From: Mayamaea pseudoterrestris
Taxonomy: Eukaryota
Direction: 5' to 3'
Assembly (NCBI GenBank): GCA_027923505.1
Contig: BROI01000008.1
Location: 620,001-684,000 of the forward strand
Length of the DNA stretch: 64,000 bases
Shown: piece after piece, positions 11,866-24,605 of the stretch
Layout of the letters: every line of letters begins with the position of its first letter
Position numbering within the stretch: position 1 is the first letter of the stretch
The notes under the pieces: model-generated
What the model was told of the DNA's origin: nothing
Database searches by the model: none
Seen by the model: the letters and a program-made list of their open reading frames with translations, nothing else
Program-made: the position numbers and the translations under genes

Positions 11866-12115
11866 ATATATGTATACTACAATAGCGACTTGTTAACGAC
11901 GAGTCTTTGCTGTGTTGACGCGCATTTGCGTGATGGAAGCTGTAAAACCGGTACGACATCCGTTTCTGTGCGCGACGATGAGACTGCCTACAAGGGCAGA
12001 ATACAATCCAACATGCATCTCGCAAATGACTCTGTGCCGGTAGTGCCTTACATTCCAATCGGCGACAACGATCTTCCAGTCACTTATTAGAAGATATACA
12101 CGATAATAATCAAAG

Positions 12116-13475
12116 ATGAGCAATTCTTCTATTGAAATGGTTGCCAAGAAGCCAAGCGAGGACGACATCAGCAGCCCAGACAGAAATTCCTTGTCGATTG
12201 AGCAAGCAGACGAAATCGAAAATGCATCAGTCTTTATGAAAGTGATCCGACGACAAAGCAAATGGTGTGGATGTTCGCTAATACTTGTGTTATCCTCGCT
12301 GGTGGTCTTCTTGGTAGGTCGCATCTACATGACTTCTGATGGTGTAGGTGCAGACATACTTCCACTCAGCGGAAGCGAACAAGGAGGGACGGTCAACAAC
12401 GATGCCGTCAAAGACAGTCCTACTCGCAACCATATTGGCGTTATTGGTTCACTGCTACGAGGAAACGCAACGACGAATGATCGTAACAAGTCGGGTCTTC
12501 AGACATGGATGCGACAGCACGGTCATTTGTCGCCTAATGCCAAACAGCCTCCAACGCCCCCAACTTTGACAAATCATACAGCAACTAATGAAACGTCTTC
12601 GTCAAGTGGAGAACCATCGACTGATCCAATATTTGATACTCAAAAGTGGCACAACTCCAAGGTTACACTGGATGATGGCGTCATGTTTAGAGTAGAGCGC
12701 GAACTGAGTCACGACAGCGGTGCTTTTCTGGAAGGTCTCACGTTTTCGAATGGATCTTTATATGAGTCAACCGGACTTATTCGGCAATCATCGATTCGTA
12801 GGTTGGATCCGGACACTGGCGACGTGATTGAGAGCTATTTCTTGGAAGATAAGACCATATTTGGGGAGGGATTGGCTGCCGCCAACGGCAAGCTATACCA
12901 GCTTACGTATAAAAAGAAGATGGGCTTCATCTACGACATTAATAACATAAGCCAACCCGTCAATACGTTCGCCTTTGAGTCTACGACCGGCGAAGGCTGG
13001 GGCTTGACATACGCGGACGATTCCGACGAGCTCATCATGAGCGACGGATCCGACGTTATGCACATGATTAATCCCGAAACGCTCACGCCGACGCGGACTG
13101 TAAAGGTCTTGCGCGATGAAGGCAAGCCTGCCAATAACATTAATGAGCTTGAGTACTTTCATGGTCGAGTGTTGGCTAATGTGTGGTATCAAGACATAAT
13201 ACTTGTCATTAATCCTCTGACTGGCGTCGTCGAGAAGGAGTACGACTTCTCTACTCTTTGGCTCAAATCGGAGCGATCCAAAAAGGGTGCCGACGTTTTG
13301 AATGGAATATCAACATCTAGTCATCCGGGCTGTGTTTATGTTACCGGAAAGAACTGGGAGAAGATGTTTCTTGTCGAGTAAGTGCTTGCTGTCGGTTGCA
13401 GAAAATTGTCGATTCTTCTTTGTCCTAACTAGATTTGTCGCGCAACGCCTTGAGCGAATCAGACTAAAGTTTTGA
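12116..13475 (+). CDS. Plant/bacterial-type glutaminyl-peptide cyclotransferase with N-terminal membrane anchor (exons 12116-13377, probable 13463-13475)
   Basis: HD..AFLEGL, LYESTG, FGEGL, YQLTY, EGWGL, MSDGS, NELEY, ANVW, DVLNGI, YVTGKNW motifs; TM at aa ~51-69. The tiny last exon (LKF*) after a GTAAGT donor at 13378 is less certain. Confidence 0.9.
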
Positions 13476-13579
13476 AAACACATGCCGACACAAAGTCACA
13501 TCTTACACATCTTTAAGTGCGAACCGAGCCGCGAGTTGAAAATGACAGAAGTGCACATCAGCTTGGACGGCATTTTGAC

Positions 13580-15919
13580 CTACGCATCAACCAGGCGACC
13601 GTCAATCACGCAGTACGTCAGCACCTTCTTGTTGTTCTGCAAATCATATTGCTCAGGATGCGCATCTTGATACGTTCTTAAAGATGTGTTTGTGGGTTGT
13701 GTACTTCCGTAACCGCCGCTGGACATTTCAACCTTGTTATATCGCAAATTCGACGACTTTGACCGAACGGTCTGCGCCATACAAAATATTAAGCCCAAAA
13801 TTAAGATCCCGACAGCAGTAGCTAGACCTTTAGGCATTACCATCGAGCTCACTTTGACGAGCGAAATTAAAGTCAGTCATAAAAGTGTGAAGCAGTTATC
13901 AGTTTCGACTCCCAACATAAACAGTGACTTACATTGAAAGATAGGAATATGAGCGCTTGTGTCGACATCGTAAAAGCCTGCGTGTGCAAGGCAGCTGGGG
14001 CCCGTCCATCCGTCGAAACATTGGCAAACTTTGGAATCAGAGCATACTCCTCTCTCTGGCCCACCGCAATCCTCGTTGCGCACGCAGACAACTCCGCCCC
14101 TGCGAATGCCTTGAAGCGGTCGAGATTGCCCATCCTCCATATACCGCTTAGCATGGCCTTCAATGAACAAGGCTGTTGGTCGTGCCTCAGGCGAGCAGCC
14201 TAATATGTGCTTCGACTCGTTCACCGCCTGGTAAACTCTCACATAGTCGATCTCAAACCCAGCAGGGTAATTATCGCAGTACCCAGTTGGCAGCGCGCAC
14301 ATACACTGAGGGTTACCGCACTCGTAGCAGTCACACGCACAATTGTCCGGGCACGGCATTGGGAAACCCCAAGTATGCGATACCGCTGTGTTCATGATCA
14401 GATACATAGGTTCACTTGGTATCTCAGTTTTCGTTATTTTCAAGCTCTCCCCGTACACAGCGAATACAAACCTGTCGTCGGTAAACCACTTGATGTACCC
14501 GCCAGTTCCATCATCCATCGGCGGCTCCCATTCAACGCGATACAGATGGTGATTGTCATAAAAACTTTGATTTAGCTGCAGATTGGCGGATAGGGCATCC
14601 GATTGGTAAATTCGGGACTTCGGTTTGTGGAAAAGCGTCACACCATAAAAGAAGGGATTCAAATCCGACCCAGTAGCGTTGCTATATTCTAAATGCTTAT
14701 ACCAGGAGTTCTATCCGTCCAGTAAACCAAAGGAAACACGCAGCTTAGAAATCACTTTCTCGTTTCGACGCCGAGAATCTTTCCGTTCACTTACATTATG
14801 CGGTCTATGACCAAGAACCGGGCGGTCATTCTCTATTCCAGGAGCGACTTGCAGCGAAGTGGATTGATAGGGCCGTTTGATGAATGTATTCGGTAGCTCC
14901 GAAGCATCGCCTTGCATAGCTTCTATTATGTCGATTTCTGGTGCGCCCCTCCCCTGGAATGACGCCAAACCATAATGGTTCACCTGTGCACACGCATCGA
15001 TTTCTTGACTGTTTCTCGTCCGCTTATCGCATTGATTATAACTAAAAGGCCACATAAAGTTGGAAGATCCTACATAGGTCGCCCGAGCCAAATTGCCAAG
15101 AAGCCACACTGCATGGTTTCAGCCTGACCGTGTTAGACAGTTCGATGCGCGCGACATTAAAGTACAAGCACGCTTCCCTTAAATACTTACGTGCCGGCCA
15201 AAGACCTCCCGTTGATGCTTTTCCTGGTAGTTTTGCTCGAAACTCGACAATTCCGCCGGTAAAGCAAAATTTGTTCCAGCTTTGCACCATACCAGACTGA
15301 ACATGCTTCTTGTCAGCGTAATTCTTTTTCAGCTTCTCATCGAAAGCTTTATATGCATTATCCTTTAACTCTGAGGTAATATTTAATACACCGCTGTTCG
15401 TGTATGCGTTACTGTCGCTGTAAAAATGCAGTGCAGCATTTGTATCTGCACAAAGAGAAATTCTAAGCAAGACAGCAACACCACAACTGTTCCATAAGCG
15501 CCAAGTTTCTATACGTACAATCATTCTTATTGATGGCAGTCCATCTTGGATCATTTCCATCATGGAACGTCCGTCCATCCTGTTCAAATTCATCTGAGAA
15601 AACCTAAGATCCACAACGAAAGAACGACGCTGAGCTGTTTACATTTCTTGCATGCCGGTCGATGACAGCATAAATCAAACAAACATACCAGCTCATATTG
15701 TCGATGATCGCCCTTGGTTAATGCACGGACCGATCGCATATTCTGTGGAGTGTCCGGGTCGACCCAGTCGCATCGCGATGGTTTACATTGGCACACTAAA
15801 AGCAATGCCAAGGAAAGAACTGTCGAACTTCGATGCCATCGAAACCGCCACCTTGTAAAGCACTTTGCGACATGTTCGCACCATTTCCGTCGATGCTTAA
15901 AATGATTATTGCAGCTCAT
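13580..15919 (-). CDS. GH16 KRE6/SKN1-type beta-glucan transglycosylase (diatom TGS-like), 6 exons; signal peptide, EGF-like domain, C-terminal TM
   Basis: Introns 15604-15688, 15446-15518, 15109-15190, 14711-14794 and 13852-13932 give a continuous frame. WVDPDTP, LVFSDEF, SGMVQSWNKFCFTGG, GLWPALWLLGNLAR, GRGAPEIDIIE (catalytic EIDxxE), IPSEPMYLIMN, FEIDYVRVYQ. Confidence 0.92.
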
Positions 15920-16324
15920 TGATTCTCAGAGGTCAGTAGAGTAAGTCGTCGATACGAGATGGAAGTTTCTTAAGGGAGTCCACCGCAGCTTTCCAATCTT
16001 GAAGTTGCTAAATCGTTTCTTTTCTTAGAGGTTTATATATAATCGAGCACCACTAGCGTCTTTAAAAGCAGTTACGACCTTCTTCACAGCGAAGCGAGCA
16101 AAGTATAATGTGAGTTGGTTGTCGAAAAGGAGCTGTCGTCGACTCTCCTTTCCAAAGAACAACTGCAACGTGCGTTGCCGCGCTTTTGTCGTCATGTCGC
16201 AGTTCGATGCGGCTGCTGTGCTCCGAATGGTTCACGCGCCGGCCGGGCAACGGGATCGCACCTTTCACGCTCGCCAGATCGATGTTCAAAACCTTCGACC
16301 ATGAGGATTCGTCCGACCGCCACC

Positions 16325-17645
16325 ATGGAAGGAAATCAGCAGCAGAAGCTCTCACGAGCACTGATCATTTTATTATTATTGATAAATAAAGTTTCTGCAA
16401 GTCATATAAAGGATCGACGGTTGGATGAGCAAGCTGACGACGCTGCCGTAGCTGCCACCGACGATGGCAACGCCAGTTTCGAGTATGAGTAAGTGCCGCC
16501 TCTTGTTTCTATATTCAACGATAGAAAGACTTATCACTCACCCAAAAATGTGTCTTCATAGTTTATCTGGCTACAGTGTCCATTTCGAGAAATGTCAGTA
16601 CGTCAAGTCTTATGACGACGAGCTGGCGCAAGACGCAGACGCAACATCACCTTTGGCTCTCAAACACTTCGTCGTGTATAGACTTTGTCCAACGGATAAT
16701 TGTAATTCGTGCGATGCGGATGGAGTTGTGTACGGAAAGTACGCTGTCGAGGTCGAGACGTACTTGGAATCCATGGTGCAATATCAAAGAAATGCTCTCG
16801 AAACGACTTGCGACGCATGCGAGCAAAAGTGCAACAACAATGGCGACGACGATTCGCAGATGAGCAGCTACTGCACATCATGTACCACAACATGCAACTG
16901 GTACGATAGCCTCGCCGACAATGGTTATGTTGACGCGAGTGAGTACACGGAATGCCAAGCACTTCAAGTCGCGAACAATGGCGACGATGCTGTTGCCGCC
17001 GCAGACGATCAAGGCAATTCAGCAGAGGCACTCTATATTGGACCTCGTTGCACTGCCAAAGGAAAGATTGTCATTGGATTGTTCTCGGATGAAAAATGTC
17101 GCGAGCCGGTGGACAACCAAGACATTGAAGACGTGCTCGGCGCGAAACTCTCTTATCACTTGCTCAACAATACGTACTCAGACGAAGGCGCCTGCGTTTC
17201 ATGCAAGGAAGCTGATAATGTAAACGACGATGTTGCGCAGCAAGATGACAAGCAGGATGGTGACGACGTGAATGAAATGTGCGAAAACTTGTACAACAGT
17301 GCGGCCAAGTGTGAGTCCAAAACGGGGCTGACTGTGGGCTTTATCCAAACCAACCGTCAAGACGAAGACGGCAAGGACGAAAATCAAGTCCAGAACGAGT
17401 TCCTGGCATGTACATTTATTGACAGTTTGATCTGGAATAGTTACGACGAGAGAGGTGAAATTATTACCAAGAAGAAGCAAGATGTTATCATTCGCAAGGT
17501 AACCCAGAACCAAAAGATTTCTTTAGCCATGGTCACGCTCTTATTTGGTGCGTTGCTTGGTGCTGCGTACTACATGGATCGAAAGATCAAGACGATCGAG
17601 TCTGGCAATCCACTTGTCTTTCGAGGAGAGCACAAGTTAACGTAA
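16325..17645 (+). CDS. SIN1: Silicanin-1 family silica deposition vesicle membrane protein (exons 16325-16488, 16562-17645)
   Basis: Signal peptide, RRL motif, D/N/Q-rich luminal domain with 18 Cys (counted), single C-terminal TM and short cytosolic tail; YSVHFEKCQYVKSYDDE, FVVYRLCP, LYIGPRC, CENLYNSAAKCE. Intron 16489-16561. Confidence 0.85.
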
Positions 17646-17827
17646 CGAAAATCGTCTTCGTCATAATTAACCATCCGTTCATAGGAATACAAAAATCAGG
17701 CAGCCACTATTTGATATTGAACTGCAGTATCGTAGTAGAAACTAATTGACGACAAGCAAACTATTCTTTAAATTTGTTGACGCCTCCAAAATGACCATAA
17801 AGTATTCTCAGCACTTTAGAAAACATC

Positions 17828-18794
17828 CTACAATTGAAGCGTCACACCTGGCTTGAATGTGGAAAGATCAGCTCCAGTCAAGGTTCCTCCGGCTGTCATC
17901 AAGACTCCCGACGCAATTTGACGCGTCACGCAAGCCGAAACAACACCTCCGCTGCTCATCTTGGCCTTGATCAGACCAACGTTGGGAGCGAAGAAGGATC
18001 CACCAAGCGCCGCAACGGTGCAAGCCTTGTCAGCCGTGTGCACAGTCTGCGATCCAACCACAAGATCCTTGTTAACCATGTATACGAGCCCCATGTTGTA
18101 GGTGGAAAGCTGTGACGTGGCCGTGAGCGAGGCGAAAATGGGGCCCTTGGCGTAGGACGACCCAACGACGAAATCGGAAATGTTTCCATTATTAATGTTG
18201 TAAGTGGCGCCACCACCAACTCTGAGCCCCTGCGCAGGAATGCCGAGACAAGCAGACGTACTAATCTTGGACATGTCCATGACGTCAAGGACAGAGGCTA
18301 CGTAGAGATTGCCCTTGACATAGTCAACGCAAAGGTCCGCACCTTTGCTGGCCTTGAATGCGAGTTTGATTTCGGGACTGACAGCCAGAGAAGTCTCTAG
18401 CGTATGAGAGCCGTCGGCAGCATGAGCGAGCTTGTCAACGTTGAACTTGGCGTATGAAAACTTGTGCGAAAGCTTGGAGGTGAGGCTTCCTCCCTTGCCC
18501 GCTTCCGTCTCAATGGTAAGGGCGACGGGTCCAGCTAGCTTTTTGCACTTGAGCAAGAGCTTGGTAGGGTAGTCTTCCAAAAGAAGGTCTAGACAGGAGA
18601 TAAATTATAGAAAAGAAATTAGTTGAAGTGTGATTGCATGCCGATAGGCTAAAAGAGAGGCCAGGCCCGAACTTGCGTCCCAGCAGCGGCAGTTGCGAAT
18701 CTTGAACGCAAATCTCGTATCTTTTGCATAACCACAGCTTTTCTCACGTCGTACCTTTCGTGGGCTTGGAGATATCAGCAAACTTGGTAGCCAT
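17828..18794 (-). CDS. VDAC: Mitochondrial porin / voltage-dependent anion channel (exons 18794-18755, 18588-17828)
   Basis: Spliced N-terminus MATKFADISKPTKDLLLEDY (VDAC N-helix); alternating amphipathic beta-strands; C-terminal beta-signal-like KPGVTLQL. Confidence 0.85.
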
Positions 18795-19224
18795 GGTAAA
18801 CGTGTGAATAGGTGAACGACAAGAAAAGATGATCAATGATCTATCAACAGCCACAGAGGGACGAGGGATGCGGCGGAAGTGATGATGAGGTCGGTGTCAA
18901 GTTGACCGACGCCTCGACGCGAGATTTGAGCGGTCGACGTCGCGTGCTGACGTGTCAAGGAATGTTGGCGGGTGTGCTAACGTTCAAAACCTTGATGGAT
19001 GTGATCTTTCTTTCGACCATGATGGACCATGGACGATGGAGGGAAGGCGAGGAAGGCACAGCGGGGCCGCGTGTCCAACCTCCTGCCAAGGGAAAGGCAG
19101 CAAGCGGTAGTAACAGTGTGTCTTAACTTAGCGAAACTGCCTAGGCTCCATAATACAGTAGCTATAGTGAGTGGCTCAAAGTTGAACATTGCAGCGTTAG
19201 CATTATATTCTTCATACTGTAGTG

Positions 19225-20121
19225 TCACAGCCATAGTCCATGTACAAACAAGGCAATGGAGCCTCCGAGCAAAGCACCACCCACCACATCTGCCGGGAAA
19301 TGTCGATTGTCGACGACGCGGCTGCTGGCGATGAAAACAGCCAAAGCGAGCGGCAATAGCGAAAGCATTGAAACAAACCGCCCGAAATGTAGAGATCGAG
19401 ACAATGGCGAAGAAGAGCTGTTAATGTCTGCACCTTGCTGTAAGACTTGCAGCGATCGACTCTTGGCACTCGGCAACCCGAATCGCTCGTGCGTATAGCG
19501 TGCTAGCAGCATCATTCCACAAAACGAAGTGGACGCATGACCACTGACAAATGCCATGCGCACTTGGTTTACTTTGTCTTGATCATTGGTGCAAGTTTGA
19601 TAGTCATCCGATGGCTCGCAAATGGAAAGAAAAATGGGTCGTAGGTAACCAACGTACAACTTAATGGCCTCCGTGGCAAGCTGCGTCAAGCCAATGGCGA
19701 TAAAGTAGGCGCAGGCCGTTCCATGAGTGTCACCAATGCGGCGAAAGTTCTTGGTTTTGCTCAGTAGTAGTTGTATCAACATTGGAATAAACACGGTGCA
19801 GACCACCAAAACAGCAAGGGATACTGTTTCGGGGTTGACTTGGGCATCGTAGTCGAGATTTGCAACATATTCGTTTGAGTTCTCGAGATATTGTACCGGA
19901 ATGGGACGCTGTCGATTCAGTAATGAATCTTCTCCAAGATACAAACATAGACAGAGAAGAAAGAATACAATGGAAGCAAGTAGCTCTCGAAAATCGGTAG
20001 ATTTGAGGTACGACAGGCGTCCGTTGCTTTCAGCCGCCGCCTCCTCTGGCGAATCAGATTGGACAGCTCCATAGTTCATATTGACTTCTTCCCCCTCGGA
20101 TTCTTGATGCTCTTCACCCAT
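19225..20121 (-). CDS. PAP2-family lipid phosphate phosphatase
   Basis: C1 KLYVGYLRP, C2 AFVSGH, C3 SRVVDNRHFPADV, about 6 TM helices. Probable start MGEEHQ at 20121 (uncertain). Confidence 0.92.
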   Translation of the reverse strand: MGEEHQESEGEEVNMNYGAVQSDSPEEAAAESNGRLSYLKSTDFRELLASIVFFLLCLCLYLGEDSLLNRQRPIPVQYLENSNEYVANLDYDAQVNPETVSLAVLVVCTVFIPMLIQLLLSKTKNFRRIGDTHGTACAYFIAIGLTQLATEAIKLYVGYLRPIFLSICEPSDDYQTCTNDQDKVNQVRMAFVSGHASTSFCGMMLLARYTHERFGLPSAKSRSLQVLQQGADINSSSSPLSRSLHFGRFVSMLSLLPLALAVFIASSRVVDNRHFPADVVGGALLGGSIALFVHGLWL

Positions 20122-20632
20122 GATGCTGTAATCTGCGCCAAGTGCCGGCTGTCGCAATTCTTTTCGTTCGGGAGGAAAGTGATGGATGCGTCGCGTGTTG
20201 TTGTCATTGATCATTGAGTGGCTAACTTGACTGCTAACGAGTTCGGTAAACCTTCGTACTCGGAAGCCCAGTATGAAAGCAGTTGATTGCTTTCGAGGTA
20301 TGTACAAAGGGTGTGGGGAACTTGATCGTCCTTCGTCTTTCGGACAAGCTGAGCGAACCCGCAGCGCTTCGGCGCTTCGAGGTCGAAGAAACCACTCGCT
20401 CGTCGCTCGCGCGCTCGCTGACGTCCGTTTCCCACGCAGCGCAGCGGCATTGAAAACCACCGCCGATCCTTGGCTCGTCGCTATTCGCCATCGAACACTT
20501 TCACCATGGCGCACTCGTTGTAGCGACCACATTACCTGTCTTTCACACGAGCCATATCCAGTGGCCTTTCGTTGATTGTATCTAAACTCCTTAAAGTTCC
20601 AACGGTGTCTCTTCTTTGGGAGAAAATAGGAA

Positions 20633-22169
20633 ATGTCTTCCACCAAGGCCGACGATTACTCGAGCGACGCTGCATCAATCATCAAAACCATTGACTCTGC
20701 ATCCAACGAGGCACGAAACTCTGCTCTATCAGCGTCAAAGGAAGTTGAAGAAGCGAGGCGAAATGCCAGGGCTGCTTCCGAGGTTGCAAAAAAGTTCATG
20801 GCATTAGCGAATTCCAGCTCGCCTTTTGTCAACATGAACAATCATGGTTACGATTTTCAAAACGGCGGCAATTCCCCTCACGGGACGCCACAACGAATTA
20901 CACACTTTCCTACGTCGCCTCTCTCGAGCTTGAATGGCCGAAGCCCCGATCGGTCAAGAAATACTCGACTTGGATCGCCCTCATCCATGCATTCACCATC
21001 CTCAGATCGCCTAGCCAGAGCAAACGCCGACGCTGTCGTGTCGCTCACTCTCGAGCTCGACCGGTGCAAGCATCATCTGGAGGCAGAGCAAGTGGCTCAT
21101 GACGAGACAAGATCGACACTCTCGCAAGTAAAGGCTCAAAATGCGCAGTTGGAAGCGCAAATTGAAAGGCTTCGCAGCGACAGTGAGACGCAGCGGGAGA
21201 AGGATGGACGAAGGATTGACTCACTCGAGCATGAATTACTGCGAGCACAGATGCGAGTGGCCGCAGCAGAGGAAGACGCTCAGTTGGCATTGGACCTTGC
21301 CAAGCAAAACAATGATAGTCGACTTGAAGTTGAAGCTTGCTTGGAGCAGACCATGGTGCAGGTGGAACATCTACAAAGGGAGGTGCAATCGAAAGATGCA
21401 CAACTGCAAACTCTTTCAGCACATCCGCGTTCTTCTTCGCCACCGTTGTCTATGCAACAACAGCGTCATGGCCACAATCGCAGCCAAGAATCCCATTTCA
21501 AGTCGGCTATGAAGTCTGTTCGCTTTGCTGACTCACCTACTGCTGCCCCTAGCGTTACAAGTCAAGCAACTCCAGGAGCTATAGGAAGTCGAGGCGACGT
21601 ATCACTGGGGCGCCAGTTGCTGCAGCGAGCCTTGAATGCTGGGTCCCCAGCGTCCCCAGCTTCGGTCAACGGCGCCTTCCCAGCCCATGACGATCAAATG
21701 CCAATGGCATCCGTGGAACGAAGCCGGCGTCTCCAAGAAAAAGTATCGAAGGGCACATTGGAAACTGATATCATGTCTCCATCTTCGGTGGCATCGTCAG
21801 TCTCGGCGACGCCTCCAGCGGATATTAACGACGATGCGCAAGCAGCCACTGCAGCCACGAGCGCGTTGCAAAGTATTTCGAACGTTCTGAAGGCAAGTGG
21901 GAAACGGCTGAGTCTTTCTGGTCGGTGGTGGAGTGACAAGGAAACCGCCTCCAGCAAGGACGCCCGTAATATCGAAACATTAGCCCGTCACTACTGCACG
22001 TCCGTTGAGGTAAGCTAGCATGCACATGACCAACTATTGAAAATACATCCATAATGATGTCTGACTATAATTCTCTCCCGCGTAGGTTTTGATCGATCAG
22101 AAACACAAGGAGATTGTGGAGCTCGAATCCTTGTGTGCGTTGTGGGAAAAGGGAAGTGCGACGGAGTGA
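20633..22169 (+). CDS. Uncharacterised coiled-coil protein with SP-rich linkers (exons 20633-22009, 22086-22169)
   Basis: Heptad-rich central region; GTAAGC..TAG intron 22010-22085 adds VLIDQKHKEIVELESLCALWEK. Confidence 0.72.
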
Positions 22170-22499
22170 CGGTGCAATTGACGCATTCTGGTATATCGGT
22201 ATCATACGCGCCGAGAAGCACCAGGAGTTCATTCCCCGATGATATAAAATTTTAGTGAGAGATGTGACACTAAGTTAATGTTGATTGTATGATAGTACAA
22301 TGAATCAGTATGCTTTGCGGGCATACATCCGCTGTGCCATAGGTACGGTACGGAGACCGTCCCGCGGCAGTAGAGTGTTCAATACCGCGGTACTTATCGA
22401 CAATATCGCATGCGACGCGAGAACACGAACTCCTCCGAAATGACTGATGTGATGACTCGCGCGCATCGCAGCTCTTTGGCATCCACTTCCACATTCACC

Positions 22500-24605
22500 A
22501 TGGTATCGCCGAGGTTAACGCTTGTCGTACTATCGACGATCACATTATGTCTTGGCGATGAGCTGAACCAAAGCTCCCGGAGGCTTGCTTACAGACTTGC
22601 CGGATTTGATCCAACATTTCTCATCACGGACGAGGTATGGCAGTAAGCATGATGTGCAGTTGAAGGCTAATACATAATCTCGCGACGGAATTGGCATTGC
22701 TAGCTGATATGAGAATATCTGCGCAGATTATTGGTTTTACGCGAGCAGCGATGTTCCCCTATTGTTTTGTCCAGTCGTCGCGTCATCATCGATGCTGCTG
22801 TATGTCTAATGCATTCATTCATTGATTGATTTCCCTTTCGTCAGGCTGCCATTGACCAAGATCAAAGATTGATGATAAACTTGATGGCTAAAGGAACAAA
22901 AGAAGGGTTTCTTGATGCTTGGAGAGTTTATCAAGATGGAGCTTTTTCACGACCCTATGCAGTGCTCACTCTTGAAAAGCCTTTGCCTCATAAGGTTAAG
23001 ATTGGCACCCCAATTTCTGGTCGGTCAATGGAGGGCGTCCGACTAAATTGCGAGGCATTAGAAACGACGGAAGCGGGAGAAAAGACGCTCAAGGTGAGAT
23101 ATCTCGGATCGGAATCGCTTGATCCACAGAGTCGATGCGCCGTTGGAGCCAACCCCATCCCGATCACGACTGGATGTGAGTTAAAAGAGATGCTGCATTT
23201 GTACCCCACAGTTGAATATCTCTTTAACGATAAATTTCTGCTAGCAGGCATGGCCACAAACGGAGCAATTGAAATACTAGGGGAGGTGGAGTTTTCGACC
23301 GGCTACGTGTACAACAAATTGACGGACAATAAAAATGATCGAGCCATTGAGCGGATGAGCAAGAACGCATTTAAGAAAATGAGACCTCGCTGCTTTGGAG
23401 GTGGATGCGGCTACTTTAAAGACTTCCGTAAATTTGAACAATACTATGGCACGGCTGACTATGGAGACAAGTTTACCTCGTCGGCCTTCAAAGGTAGGGC
23501 ATAGCGTCCTCGATGTTTGGACTATATCAGCATTGTCGTGAAAGTCTCAGAATCTTTCTCCTTACAGGGGGATTCGCCAACTTTACACATGGAGACGCTA
23601 ACTTTCGAGACTATGATTTTGATGCTCGAGCGGGTGAGTGCATCATCACGTCGGGCGAAATGCAAATAGATGCAGGACCATTACTGACACCGTCCTTCAG
23701 CCGCCATAATGACTGCGACGTCGTTCATGATTCTCACGCAGTATATTCTGCAAGAGTTGGAGCACTCTCTTGACAAATGCGAGCACGCGGAATGTAAGGA
23801 AGAGCATTGCTTAAAAAACGCTATCCAGTCGATGGAAGCCGGTGTCGCTTATTACACTGGATCACTTGAAGGGCCTGATGGCAGTGGGAATGGCTATCTA
23901 CTTTACGCCTTGGCCGATAAAATGTGCAAAGTCTTTAAGACTTGTGGACCCAATGGAGACAAGACGTCGGATCGTATGGGTTCTAAGATTAATATTGAAA
24001 TGTTTGATCAATTCAAACAAATGCAGGCGAATATAAAGAGCCACCGATGCACACCAGCGCGCAAGAACAAGGAACGAATTGCCATTCTTATGAGCGTTCC
24101 GCTCATCCAAGCCACACTGATGCAAGCATATATAGGCGACAGGCAACCTGGTGCGTCATTGGTGGACGAAGCCCACGGAGCGGCGTTTGCTGCAAGTGTT
24201 GTTCCGATTGTTGCATCCTGTAAAGTCTCGGATGGCAACATTATCTACGCCAATATGAAAACTGGCAAGGGCTACAAGGGCAACTTTGAAGATGTAAAGT
24301 TGGCTTTTGAGCGCAATTATGAGTGTATGGGGGTCAAGTGCTCCGACGTTGGTGGATATTGGTTCAATGGCATAGCTTCTGGATTCTACATGGATGGCTT
24401 TTACCCATGCGGTGTTGAACCGCCGAAGCCATGGACTGGTGGCCAGGTTGTAGGCTTTGTCTTTGCGTCGCTTGTTGGTACGGTGGTACTGTATGGAGTT
24501 TTTAAAACATGCCGCTACTTCCACTTTTTTGGATTTTGCAAAACAATGCAAAAGCGAGCAAGACGACCTGTTATCCTTCGGCCTTCCTTAGGGGTGGATG
24601 CATGA
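22500..24605 (+). CDS. FEA1 / low-iron-inducible periplasmic domain type I membrane protein, copy A (5 exons)
   Basis: Introns 22635-22844, 23176-23247, 23494-23567, 23634-23700. Signal peptide, RRL, AAIDQDQ, VYQDG, F..YYGTADYG, ELE....C, AGVAYYTGSLEG, LYALADKMC, VPLIQ, AFAASVVP, YECMGVKCSDVGG, C-terminal TM. Confidence 0.8.

Noticed and set aside
20122..20646. 175-aa N-terminal extension of the PAP2 ORF overlapping the start of the 20633 gene
   Set aside because: It begins at a non-ATG codon, looks non-protein-like and spans the divergent promoter; probably just an open frame upstream of the real ATG.
22635..22844. Possible C/D snoRNA in the 210-nt first intron of FEA1-like copy A (ATGATGT ... 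CTGA)
   Set aside because: The C box is imperfect, there is no convincing terminal stem, and I could not identify an antisense rRNA guide.
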